From the NCBI GenBank assembly GCA_965112735.1, contig OZ218956.1, forward strand, positions 3,878,976 to 3,942,975: DNA of 64,000 nt, written 5' to 3'. A program made the position numbers and the translations under genes. The DNA is from Phaeosaccion multiseriatum. Its lineage: Eukaryota > Protista > Ochrophyta, other classes. Each line of letters opens with the position of its first letter. Position 1 is the stretch's first letter. The notes beneath the pieces are model-generated. The model was not told the DNA's origin, searched no databases, and was given only the letters and a program-made list of their open reading frames with translations. Below, piece by piece: positions 1-11,720 of the stretch.

Positions 1-555
1 AAGCCAGGAGACCTCCTCACATTCGCTGGCATACCCGGGAAGGCCATCAGCCCGGCGCAGGTACGATGACATAGCGGCGCGGAAATGGCCCCGTCCGCGT
101 GGCGATGGAAGAGTCAGTCCGTGAGGGAAAGCGCATGGGAAGAGAGAGAGACGAGAGAGACGGACAGAGTGGCCATTCCTTCGTTTTGATGACCAGAGGC
201 CCTGCCCTGCCTGCCCTGCCTGCTCTGCTTTGACCCCCGCTGCTCACTGTCACGCATCCCCACAGGTTCAAAAGCGGAAGCTCTTAGAGACAATCCTGCC
301 CCGCCTCCGCACCAACGCCAGCGGGGTGCCGTGCTGCGACGGTAGCGACGGACAGGCACTGGGCCTGGCCACCCCCGCTGGAGAGGGAGGAGGAGAAGGG
401 CAGAGCAGCGGGGGCAGCTGTGGCAGCTCCTTGCCGAACGCCTTGGTGGGGTGAGGCGGCGGCGCTTCTCTGACATACTTCATAAATAATCCATTGACTG
501 ATATGATGATGATGATGATGATGGTGGTGATGGTGTATCGTCTAGGCATAGTCAT
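1..555 (-). CDS. Possible 5' part of an unknown gene (N-terminal hydrophobic segment, Pro-rich stem) continuing off the left edge
   Basis: ORF 268..555 starts MTMPRRYTITTIIIIIIISVNGLF followed by a Pro-rich stretch. An open, coding-like frame is also present at 1..~125. The Ile run comes from an (ATG)n microsatellite, and no family is recognised. Confidence 0.3.
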
Positions 556-668
556 TTAACTGTCTCGGTTAGGGCCTTCCCGCCCCCTTGCGGTCGATCT
601 ACGTATTGCAAACAAACCGAAACTGAACAACCTATCCGCTCTATCTATCAGGAGAGTGCTGTGCGCTG

Positions 669-3273
669 TCATGATGATGGGAGCTTGTCTGCTTGGTGCG
701 GGCTGAGCTTGTCGTGCCGCGTCAGCTCGAAGGACAGACTCTCCTCGCCCGCGCTGGGCTTTGGCGTGAGCAAGTCAGGGCCACCCTTGGAGCGCAGGTA
801 GCTGAAGGGCAACGTGAAGAGCTTCTCGCTCTTGGACACGTACGCCCTCTTGCGGAAGTTGTCGTACCCGTTGTCCTCAATGGCCGCCAGGATCTTGCCG
901 TACATGTCCAGGCTGGCCTGCACGGGGAAGGCCGCCTCCGGGGACAGCATGGCGATGCCCTCCTTGGCCTTTCTGTAGTAGAAGCGCGCCCTCGCGATTT
1001 GGTACTTCATGAGCTTTGTGTAGTTGTCGTCGAGCACTCCGTTCATGATGTTCTGCTCGGTCACCCCGAACTTCTCAAGGTCCGTGAGGGGCAGGTAAAT
1101 GCGGCCCCTCACCGCATCCTCCCCCACGTCCCTGAGAATGTTGGTGAGCTGCAGCGCCACCCCGAGACAGAGGGCGGGTTCTTTGGCCTGCTCCTCGGTC
1201 ACCCCCTTGGCCGTGCCGAGAATGGGCAGCGTCATGAGGCCGACGGTGCCTGCGACTCGGTAGCAGTACAGCTCGAGCTCCTTGAAGTCCTCGTACCGCG
1301 TCTTACCCATGCCGGGGATGTCCATAAGCATGCCGTCGATCATGTCCTGTTGGTGGAACAGTTGGTAATACGAGAACGCAAACACACACACAAAGGGTCA
1401 GAGAGTGCAAACCCTGCAGCGCTGCCTGCCATCCTGCCCCTCCCTCCACACGCACGTAAAGCAGCGCCACTCTCCCTCTCTCCCTTTCTCCCTGTGTGTT
1501 CCGTCCCGGCGCACTGCACTCCGTTGCGCACACACGCGCCCACCCGTCCCCACTGACCTTGAAGGGCGCGATGTCCAGCGTGGGGTACTTCTGCTTGACA
1601 TCAACGAGGGCCAGGTCAAGTGAATCTCTGGGCTTGCCTGTCCAGATGTCCTCGAGGCGGGCGGTCCAGTCGTCGAGCTCCTCCTGCATGCTCTCCATGC
1701 CGCGCATCATGGCGCGAGGGCCATCCACGATGTCGTCTGTGCGGCGGCACCACACGTAGATGGCCCAGATGGCCTGCGGAGGGGTGGAGGGAAGGGGGGG
1801 GGCACGCGGCGGGAGAGGAGGGGAGAGAAAGTGAGACAGAGACGGAAGAGGGGTGAGGAGGAGCAGCGAAAGAGAGAGAGGGGGGGGAGAGAGCAGACGG
1901 AGGGAATACGTGCAGCGAGAGGGCACCCTGGGAGGCGTCAGTTCGCTGCGTTTTGGTCACTCATTGCTGGTTTACACCCTCCCTCCCTCCCTCCCTCCAT
2001 CCATCCATCCATCGGGATTGATTCATAGATGATCACCCTCCGTCCTGAGTGTTCATTCACCCCCTCCCTCCGTGCTGCCACCCCGGATTCTTCGCTCGGC
2101 CAGGGCGTGACGCCAGCCAAGAAACAAGAAGCAGTGGATATGTGCAGCACTCTCCCGCAGAGCTACGGTCACACCATGCCATTGGTCCGTCCCCTCCCTC
2201 CCTCTCACTGACTTACGTAGCGCGCGACGGGTGGCATGAACCTGGTGCCGAGGTAAAAGGTCTTTGCAAAGATGCCCGTGATGCGCTCGCACTCTTTATA
2301 TGCCCTTTCTAGCACTCCTGAGCGCCGCACGGAGTCGTTAGGGTCCGCTACGAGTTCGAGGTTCGCCATGTCACCCTTGCCAATCTGCTTGGCGTTCTCC
2401 ATGGCCAGCGACAGACCCGTGCCCACGTCTTGCATTGCCCGCTTCGTCGTCTGAGGGATGGGGGAGGAGGGTGGTGGGCAAGAACGGGGAGAGACGGAGA
2501 GAGGGGGGAGGGAGCACGGAGGAGGGATCGAGGAGGAGGAGTGCCATGTACATGATGCAGTGTGGTCTGCTGAGTGAGTCAGTGAGTGAGTCAGTGAGTC
2601 ACGTAGCATAGTAAGGAGAGGGTCGAGCGGGTACCGTCGAGGGGCATCAGTCCACACAGCTCGGGACAGGAGAGGACAGCTTCGCACGCAGACGGCACCC
2701 TCCCCCTCCCCCACCCATGCATACAGAGCTCACTGCGACCCGACTTCTTTCGTACTGTGAGAGGCACAGTCGCAGTCATCCCAAAGCCCCCCTGTAGCAA
2801 GCATCGCCCAACCTGCCGCTGCCGCCGCTGAGAAAAGGACGTCCTCGGCTGGTTGTGGGGCTGGCGGTACGAGGCGCCGCTGCTGCCGGCCTGAGAAAGG
2901 CATCTGGCTGCAGAACACGAGGGTCCCGGGGCGAAGGGTTTTATTTGTAAGGTGCCCTGAGGTGAGAAGGTGCGGGGAGAGGCGAGGGCAAAAGAGCAGA
3001 GAGGGGACAGGGTGGGGGCATGCGACATGAGGGAGGGAGACAAGACGGGGGAAGAGAAGAGGGAGACAGGACAGCGGAAAGGAAGGGACAGGATTCAGAA
3101 AGAGACGTCAAAAGAAGAAAGGTGGCCAGAAAGGCGACAGGAGACGGGAGAAAGGGAAGAGGGGAACGGGAAGAGGGCGCGCACGTGCCATTATTCGTTT
3201 TTCCTGTTCCTCTCTATTTTCATACCTGAGGCACTGATACAAAGGCCACAAGAAAGCAAGGCAAGCCCAGCAT
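669..3273 (-). CDS. PSY: Phytoene synthase, 5 exons (approx. 3273-3226, 2956-~2756, 2450-2217, 1773-1558, 1346-669)
   Basis: Family motifs AYKECERITGIFAKTFYLGT, AIWAIYVWCRRTDDIVDG (first Asp-rich motif), YCYRVAGTVGLM, LGVALQLTNILRDVGEDAVRGRIYLP and NGYDNFRKRAYV. GT-AG introns join the core exons in frame. The exon-2 donor is uncertain. Confidence 0.95.
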
Positions 3274-3502
3274 GGTCGCCACGCTTAGGCAACAAGATGG
3301 CGAGCTGAAACCCCCGCCGCCCCGTCGTCTTCCAGCCTTGCGAACCATCTTTACCCAAACGTGAAATCCTACGTTTGTCCCCTCCGTTTTCAGGCCCGTA
3401 GGATTCTCACATGTTCCGGCCCGTATGATTCTCACATATCCAAGCCTGTTCGTTCCTTGCTCCTCCCCACCGGCCTCGTCTGACGCTGCTGCTTATAAGG
3501 AG
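3274..3502. promoter_or_regulatory. Short divergent intergenic region, candidate bidirectional promoter (PSY/PFDN6)
   Basis: Start codons are head to head at 3273 (-) and 3503 (+), 229 bp apart. Confidence 0.5.
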
Positions 3503-4164
3503 ATGGCGATGGTCCAGCAGGGGTCGGGAGGTTCGTCAGTGCTGGCGGGAAAGGCCGAGGTCGACGCAGAGATCGCAAAATACAGGAAATTAGAAGAAGG
3601 TAGGGACTGCAAAAGAAAAGAGAGCGAAGGGAGAGAGGAGCAACAAATAGAGCAGCAGCAGCACACGCAGTCGACTGCTTTCCCCGCCTCCTTCAGGATT
3701 TCTCCATGTCCTGCAGCCCTGCCGTCCCGTGGCTCCACTATGCAGACGGAGCAGTTCCGCCTTGGCCCCACATCTTGTTCACCGCCTTTGCCCTCTGACC
3801 GCCCTTTGTCGGCCCGTGCCCCTCTCCAGATACCAACAAGCTGGGAAGCAAGCGGAACAAGCTGTACCAACAAGTCAACGAGAACGGTATGGTCAAGGCC
3901 GAGCTGGAGCGGCTCAAGCCAGACGCCCCGGTGTATAAGCTCATCGGCCCCGTGCTGATCCAACAGAACCTGCTCGAAGCCAAGGCCAACGTGGCCAACC
4001 GCCTCAGGATGATTGAGTCCGGCATGGAGGAGGTGAGCAAGGAGGTGGCCAGCAAGGAGGAGGAGAAGACGAAGCTGGCGGACAAGATCCAGAACATGCA
4101 GAAGGAGATGCAGAGCAAGGCTTACGAGGAGGCACAGAAGGTGGTGGAGGACGCCCGGGCCTAG
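3503..4164 (+). CDS. PFDN6: Prefoldin subunit 6 (beta type), 2 exons 3503-3599 and 3830-4164
   Basis: Spliced product ...AEIAKYRKLEED-TNKLGSKRNKLYQQVNENGMVKAELERLKPDAPVYKLIGPVLIQQNLLEAKANVANRLRMIE has the PFDN6/Gim1 signature ENxxVxxEL...VYKLIGPVL. The phase-1 GT-AG intron is consistent. Confidence 0.92.
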
Positions 4165-4732
4165 GGGGGGACGACAGTGGATGGAGGCCGGGTTATGCCC
4201 TACGTGGTGCGCTGTGAGTGGGACAGCATGGCACACCCCTACGTTCCTGCCCCGCACCGCTCCCTCCCCCCTGGCCCTCCGCCCTTCGAAGGGTCTGCCT
4301 GCCCACCGCCCCGCCCTCGGCATTCAGGAGCGAGCCCGCAGCCCATAGCCACCTTCGCTCCGCCCTCCCTCCCTCTCCCTCGGATGATCTGTTCTGCCGT
4401 CAGGGTGGGGGCTGGGGAAGGAGGCCCTGACGGGTAGCCGCGTCGGGGCAAGCCCCTGCTGATCGTGGCAGCAGAAAGGAGCAAGGAGGGGAGGGTTCCA
4501 ATGCTTTGCAACTCGACAATACGAGGTTCAACAATAGTCGATCGCTGCTCTGAGGAGCCTACGGTCTGAACCGCGACGAGGCCCCGCTTCAAAGAGACAA
4601 TGTCACTGTAATAATAAGACGCACGATGTTTATTAAGTGGGTGGGTTCGACGAATATGTCAACAAGAGGATCATCGTCCATTGCCCATCGCGGCAAATGG
4701 GGCGCCTTCCCATGCCCTGAGGCTAGAAGATT

Positions 4733-6628
4733 ATGCAGCCGGCTCCACCGGAGAGCACAATCAATCAGGATGTGACCATTAACCTCGCGCAGTACCAATA
4801 TGGGACCTTCGGAGCCGCGCTGGTGAGAAAGGGGGATGCCACTTTACCAAGCTTCGAGCTTGTGGGTAACACTGCATCCTCCTTGGCCGCTCCCCTGCCC
4901 CCATTCACCCTCTTTTCACTCACTTACTCTACCCACCACTATTCTCCTCCTCTCTCCCCCACTGCGCGCGCTCCCAATAAGAACGCAGCTCTTTCCTCTT
5001 TGCAGAGCGTCAGTGTCTTGCCCTTGAACAACCCTCCTTCTCACCTCGTCTCTGCATTCTCTGCATTCTCGTGTGCGTGTGTGCTCCCGCAGGACGTGGA
5101 TACGTCTGGGTCCTTCGCGGTGCTGTCGTCGCGGAAAGGCTTCGCCATTGTGGACCTCGAGAAGCCCTCGCAGCCTGCGCAGCTGCTCCACCACAGGAGC
5201 AAGCGGGAGGTGAGAGAGTGAGCGAGTGTGTGAGAGATAGAGAGAAACGTATATATCTATGCACAAAGATATAGAGATACAGAAAGAGGGAGAGCGAGAG
5301 AGAGCAAGAAACGGGGAGAGGGGGAGAGAGGGGGGGGTGGAGAGACACGGAGAAAGAGGGAGAGAGAGGTAGCTTCTCCACCAGAACAGAGCAAGGTGAG
5401 CGATTATCGAGCTCCCCTCTCTCCTTCCCCTGCCCGTGCGCCCCTGCCTCTCTGCAGGTGAGCGTAGTGCGATGGAGCAAGCACTCGTGGCAGAGGGAGC
5501 TCCTCGCCAGCGCCTCGCCAGGAGGGGTGAGTCTGTGGTCCACAGAGCGTGAGCTGCAGCCCCTTGTGGCTATCCTCGGGGAGGCAGGAGCAGGAGGAGG
5601 AGGAGGAGGAAGCAGCAGCAGCAGCAAGGACCTGCTCGTCCTCGGGCCGGGCACGTCGGCGCCCAACGACCTAGCGTGGGGCTATCACAACCCTTCGCTC
5701 CTCGCCACGGCGCATGGGGACGGAGCTGCCTTGGTGTGGGACGTGCGTGCGCCGCAGCACCCCATTCAAGTGTTCAAGGCAAGAGGCAATCAGCCAGGGC
5801 ACACACGGAGCGGAGCGCAGAAGTGAGTGGGTAGCGGCCAGTGGGAAGGGGAGGAGAGGGAGGGAGGGGTTAGGTTGATTAGGTTGATTGGAGGGGAAGC
5901 ATCGTCTCTCGTCGACCGTCCCCTTCCCTCCTTTTCATCATGACCTCTGACTCATCCCTTGTCACCTTGTCATCACCCCCACGCCCCTCCACTCCCCTCT
6001 TTTAGGCTGGGCTGGAGCCGCATGAATGCCAACCTGCTGTGCTCCGTGCACGAGAAGGTCGTGAAGCTCTGGGACGCGAGGAAGGTGTCCTCCTCGCTCT
6101 CTCTCGGGGGGGGCAAGGGGGGCGGGCAGGATGGCAGCCGAGGGGGGGGGGGAGGGGCGGGGCAGAAGGGGGCGGTGGCGTCCTTCACGGCCCACACCGG
6201 GCAAATCACTGCCCTGGACATGTCGTACAGCACCCGGGAAGGGGGGGGGGACGGGGACATTCTCACCGCCTCCACAGACAGGAGCTTCAAGGTGAGGGGG
6301 GGGGGGGGCACACGGGGCTGAGGAAGGGACAGCAGGGCCGGGAAGGCACTGAAACAAAAGAGGACAGGAGGAAGGCACTGAGAGCACTTAAACACACAAG
6401 AGGACAAACAAGATGACAGGAGGCAGGAGCCCGTCCATGCTCACGCCAAGGACAAGTACAACACACTCATCCATCTGTGACTCTGTGTGACGGCCCAACT
6501 CTTCAGGTGTGGAGCGTGGGCAGCAAGATCAGCAAGATCTTGCCCGTGGCCATGCTGCGGAGAGAGCACCCCATCACGGGGGCGCAGTTCACGCCCTTCG
6601 GACACGTGAGTGCGTGGGTGCGTGTTTT

Positions 6629-6667
<39 letters not shown>

Positions 6668-8459
6668 CGTGCGTGCGCCGGGAGCAGGCGGTACGGTGCA
6701 CGGCGGTAAAGCCCATCGGTGTGCCACCCTGTCACCCTCCACTGCCATCTGGCCTCGTCGCCGTGGCGCCATCCACTGCCATCTATCTGGCCCTGTCGCT
6801 CTGGCTCTCTTGGCTCATCCCTCCCCCCCCCCCCCTCTCCCCAGGGCGTGGTGACGACAGCGTGGGGAATCGGAGAGCGCCTGCTTGCCACTCAGGCGCT
6901 GCGTCTTTGGCAGCTGACCCCTGTCGGCGACAACGGCACGAGCCAACTCCGGAGCGTACACAACTTCACAGGGCCCTCCTCGCAGGTGCGTGTCATGTAC
7001 ATGTGCTTGGGTGTCCGCAGGGTGTGTGGGGGGGGAGAGACCCAAGTGTGTGCCCAAATGTGCCCCAAGTGTGTAGGGTAAGGGCACGCGTGAGGGTGAG
7101 GGTAATGTAAATGTCCTTACTGCTTGTTTGGCCACCCCCAACTTGCCCGATGCGATGCCCAATCACTTAATCCACCCCCAAGATCTTAGCGTGGGGGTGG
7201 CGCGTGGTGGACGGCTGCCGCTTCGAACTCGTGAGTTTCGACCGCACACAGAACCTCCGTCTCCACAAAGTCCGCCCTCAGCACCTTGAGGCGTGCAGCC
7301 ACAGGGACGACCCCGAGGGGGGACGGGGGATGGACGACATGAGGAGGCATATGGGCCCGCAAGGTAAGGAGGGGGAGGGGAGGGGAGGAGAGGAGAAGCA
7401 GGGAAGCAGGGAAGCAGAAATGCAAGAAGCCAATCAGCTTGTCAGTCAATCAGTCAGTCACTCACTCACTCACTCACTCATTCACTCACTCATTCATGCA
7501 AGTCACTCCGTCAGTCAGTACGGTCAGCCACATTAGTATGTCACCCAGTGAGTGAGTGAGTGAGTGTGAGTGAGTGAGTGAGTGAGTGAGTGAGTGAGTG
7601 AGTGAGTCGGTCAGTCAGTCACTCATCGGCAGAGACGGGCCGGAAGAAAGGCTGGAAGGGCCTCTCCGAGAAGAGAGCGAAGAGAGCAGCCAGCCAGCCT
7701 CCGCAGAGAAGGGAGCCACACCAAAGCCAGACAAAAAGGTTAAACCTTCCTTCTCCCGCTCCTCCCTACACGCCATTGCCCCGCACTGAGTCGAGGCGTC
7801 GCCTTTAGCGAGCCTGAACCCCCCCTCCCCTCCCCTCCCCTCCTCCCTCTCTCTGACTGATGACACAGCCCTTCCGTTGGCCGCCAGCAAGCTCCGGCTG
7901 GAGTCTCTGAAAGCGGACCTGCTTCCTGTTGTTGCCCCCTCCGCCACCCTTGGAGGAGCGCTGTACGCCCCAGCCCTCACGCAGCACGGGCTGTGGAAGG
8001 AGGTACTGCAGGCACAGGCCAAGGCCAGAGCCGCGGCCACAGCAGTTGGTGCTTCGGGCCACGGTAGGGTACAGATCGACGACGTTGACCAGAGAGCCCG
8101 CACCTTGTCCGCCCTGCTGTCGAGTAGGGAGGTGAGCAGGGACGTGAGGCCGCCCCCTCCTGCTGCCGCATCACCAACTGCTGCCCCGCCGGGTGTTGGT
8201 CTTGGCGTCGGGTCTGCCTCCGATGGGGTCCCGGGGGGGAGGGTTTCTCCCAACCCTACCACCGCCGAGACTGAAGGGGACAAGTTGGTGACACAGACAC
8301 AGACAGTGCAGCCGTCGCCAATATGCATGGGCGTGACGGCGCGCCTCCGCGTGCACGTGCTGTTCCCCTCCTCCTACCCCAAACACGCCTCTCCCGTCTT
8401 CACTTTCCTCGACTCAGCCATCACCACAACCACCACAACCGCCGTACCACCAACTGCTG

Positions 8460-8504
<45 letters not shown>

Positions 8505-10850
8505 CGGACGTGCCTGCGCAAGGCGACACGGCCCGGGGGGGGCGGGGGGCGCGTGTTTTGCCCTCGCCCAAGGCACAGCAACAGTTGGCGCTACGGCCGT
8601 CGCCATCGGTTGTACGGCAGCAAAAGCACGGAGCCCTGGACCCCGCAGTGAGGGCCCGACTACAGGTAGCGTGCCATGGCAGGGCTGTATCACCAACTGC
8701 TGGTTCACTGCCTTAGGGTGATGGGAGTGCGTTTCATTTTGACTGACATTGACTGCGTCTGTCCTGACACCCCTCACAGGAGGCGGTGGCCGGTGTGAGT
8801 GCCAGTGCCCTGGATCTCGGCCAGCGCTGCCTCGAGAGCTGCCTGGCGGTGTTGCTCGAAGGCTTGCACAGCGCAGTAAGGGACACGCTGAGGGAGGCGG
8901 GGGGGGGCAGCGTCGGCACCGAGCGGGCGGCTCTGACGCCGCCGCAAAGCGAGGAAGACATGGCGCTGGAGGCAGCGGCGGCGCTGGCTTTGGAAGCGGA
9001 GGCTTCAGGTGAGGGAAGAGCAGCAGCGTAGCACAGTCTGTCATCTTGTCAGGAGGCCGGCCTTTCGAGTGGGGGTGCCTTCTCGTTTTGTTTCATCGGT
9101 TTCGATATCGAGTATATATCGAGTCCCATTTCAAACTCCCACTCAAAGTGTTCCCTTCCAGCGCCTCCTGCCCGACCCCCACCCACCCCGCCACCCCCAT
9201 CCACTGCCATCCACTGCCATCGCTCCTCTCCGCCGCAGTCCCTCGAGGGAAGAGCTTCATCCCATGTCCGCGTCTCTTCGGCGCATCCTTCTCCTCCGGC
9301 GGGGCCCTCGTCAGCTTCTCCTCCACCGTCAGCTTCCCCGCCGGGGGCGTCCCCGGGGTCGTCCCGGAGGGGGCTGGGCCGAGTCCGGCCGGGACCCCCT
9401 CGGGTGGTGCAGCAGCCAACACGTTTAACAGCACTTTCAGCACGGGACAGAGGCCACGCACGTATGATGACTTGCTGACCATGCTCGGGATGGCAGCGGA
9501 TGGCGGGCGGGGTGGGCTGGGGAGCGACGATGACGACGAGGAGGAGGAGGAAGAGCAAGAGCGGCAGGAGGAACAGGACGGGGGGCAGGGGCGGAGGGCG
9601 GCAGGGGATGAGGGAGGGAGAGGGAGGGACGGCAGCGGCCTAGAGGAGCCTGATGGCAACGCCAGGGAGGGGAGGGAGGAAAGGAACCTTGGCAGCAGTG
9701 GAAGCTCCTTTAATACCTCGGAGCTTGACTTGCAGGACAAGCCTGTATCTCTCTCGGAGTCCCTGGCGCAGATGAAGCAGCAGAGTCACAGCTGGCAGCA
9801 GCAGGAGCAGCAGCAGTTGGTGATTCATCAGCAGCAGGTGGTGGTGACGGACTGGTCCTTCCTGCTGCCCGGCAAGAGAGCGCTGGCACTGGGCTACGAG
9901 CTGGGGCCATGGCCAAGGCTGTCGGAGGGTCATCATCACCATCATCACAGGGACTGGGACGGGGGGGGGGGCGCGGACACCAGCAGCAGGGGCGTAGGGT
10001 CTCCCCCCGGGGGGCTGCACTATGGGGCAGGGGGCATTGCAGAGGACAGCTTCTTCGCTTCGTTCGCCTCCTCCGTGCTGAGCGCCGAGCCGCCCCCCCC
10101 GGGTCCTCCTCAGTTGCTGCTGCACAGGACCAGCTCAGGAGGGAGTGCGGGCGGGGGGGGCACGGGCGTGTCCGGCTTGGCGAGTCCGGGAGGGCTGTGG
10201 GGCATGTATGGAGCGGGCGGTTCGAGAAGTCATGACGAGGAGGAGGATTGGGATTGGCCAAGGCAGCAACAAGGACCGCCAGAATCGCCAGGCCTGGGCA
10301 GGTGAGAAGGAGAGAAGGGAGGGAGAGAGAGAGACGAGAGTGAGACACGAGCGAGGCACAGGACATACTTACGTGACGTGTATGTTGGGCGGGCACAGTC
10401 CGTCGAATGGAGGTGGCCGCCGGCACTGAACCCTTTCTCACCCCCATCCACTGCCATCCGCTGTCATCCACTGCCGTCTCCGGATTTGCCCGCTCCCTTG
10501 CTGACTCCCAGCGGAGGCCTCGGCTATCGGCCCCGCAAGACCTCGATCGGGTTTGCGGTCATGGGCATGGGTGCAGGAGTTGGTAGTACAGCAGCAGCAG
10601 CAGCAGCAGGAGGGGGGGGCGAACAGCAGCAGCACCCTCCGTTTCCCCACGCCCCTCCCCACTACCTCTCCTTGGGCCCCCCAAAGACCCAAAAGCCCAA
10701 GATAATGTCGCGGCGTTGGGAGTCTTCGCCTGACCTGAAGCGCAAGTACCGCGTGGCGCAGCAGCAGCTTGGCATGCAGCAGGCCATACTGCCCAGGCAG
10801 CCCTCCTACGGACCCTTCCCGGGGTACTCTACTCCGGTGCAGCGCCTCCA

Positions 10851-10881
<31 letters not shown>

Positions 10882-11666
10882 CAACAACAACAGCAGTCGG
10901 TGCTTCAGCAGCAGTCGGGTGTCGCTTACAGAGCGAGCACAAGCCTCGAGAGGTCCTTCGGAGGGGGCGCCAACAGCGGCAGTTGGGGGATGGCAGGGGG
11001 GATGGCAGGGGGGATGGCAGGGGGAGGGTTCTCGGCTGAGGCGGGTGGCGGACGGGACGATAACAACAGCCTCAGCCTCAAGAGCTCGCCAGGAGTGCCC
11101 ACCTCAGGAGTGCCCACCTCAGGAGTGCCCACCTCATGGCTCCAGCTTGGGTCGGGCATGGGGTCAGGGTCAGGGATGGGAGGAGGGCAGATGGGGCAGG
11201 GGGGGGGAGCGCTGGGGCCCATGGGGCTCGGCTATCACAATCCCTCGCATGGCAGCAACCACAGCCTAAGGTCAGGCGGGGGCAGTGGGAGGATAACGCT
11301 CCGGAAGGGCTCTCTCCCCACCTCGCAGCAGCAGCAGCAGCTGCAGCAGCAGCAGTTGGTGATACAGCAGCAGGCTACGGGTGGGGCGTATCCCTATGCC
11401 CCGACAGGGTTTGGGGGGCTCTCCCCACCGCTCGCTCAGCCTACGCACCCCAGCAGCAGCGAGTACCAGCTGTACCTGCAGCAGCACCAGCAGTACATGC
11501 ACAGGCACGAGCAGTACCAGCAGCAGCAGTTGGTGATACAGCAGCAGCAGGAAGGCTTCGGCTTCGACGCTCCGCAGGCGTTGGGGCTTGGCGGGAGGCC
11601 TCCTCCTTCGCCGCCGACCATCCCGTACCACCACCTCACGCACCTCACGACCCAGTCGCCGCCAGG

Positions 11667-11720
<54 letters not shown>

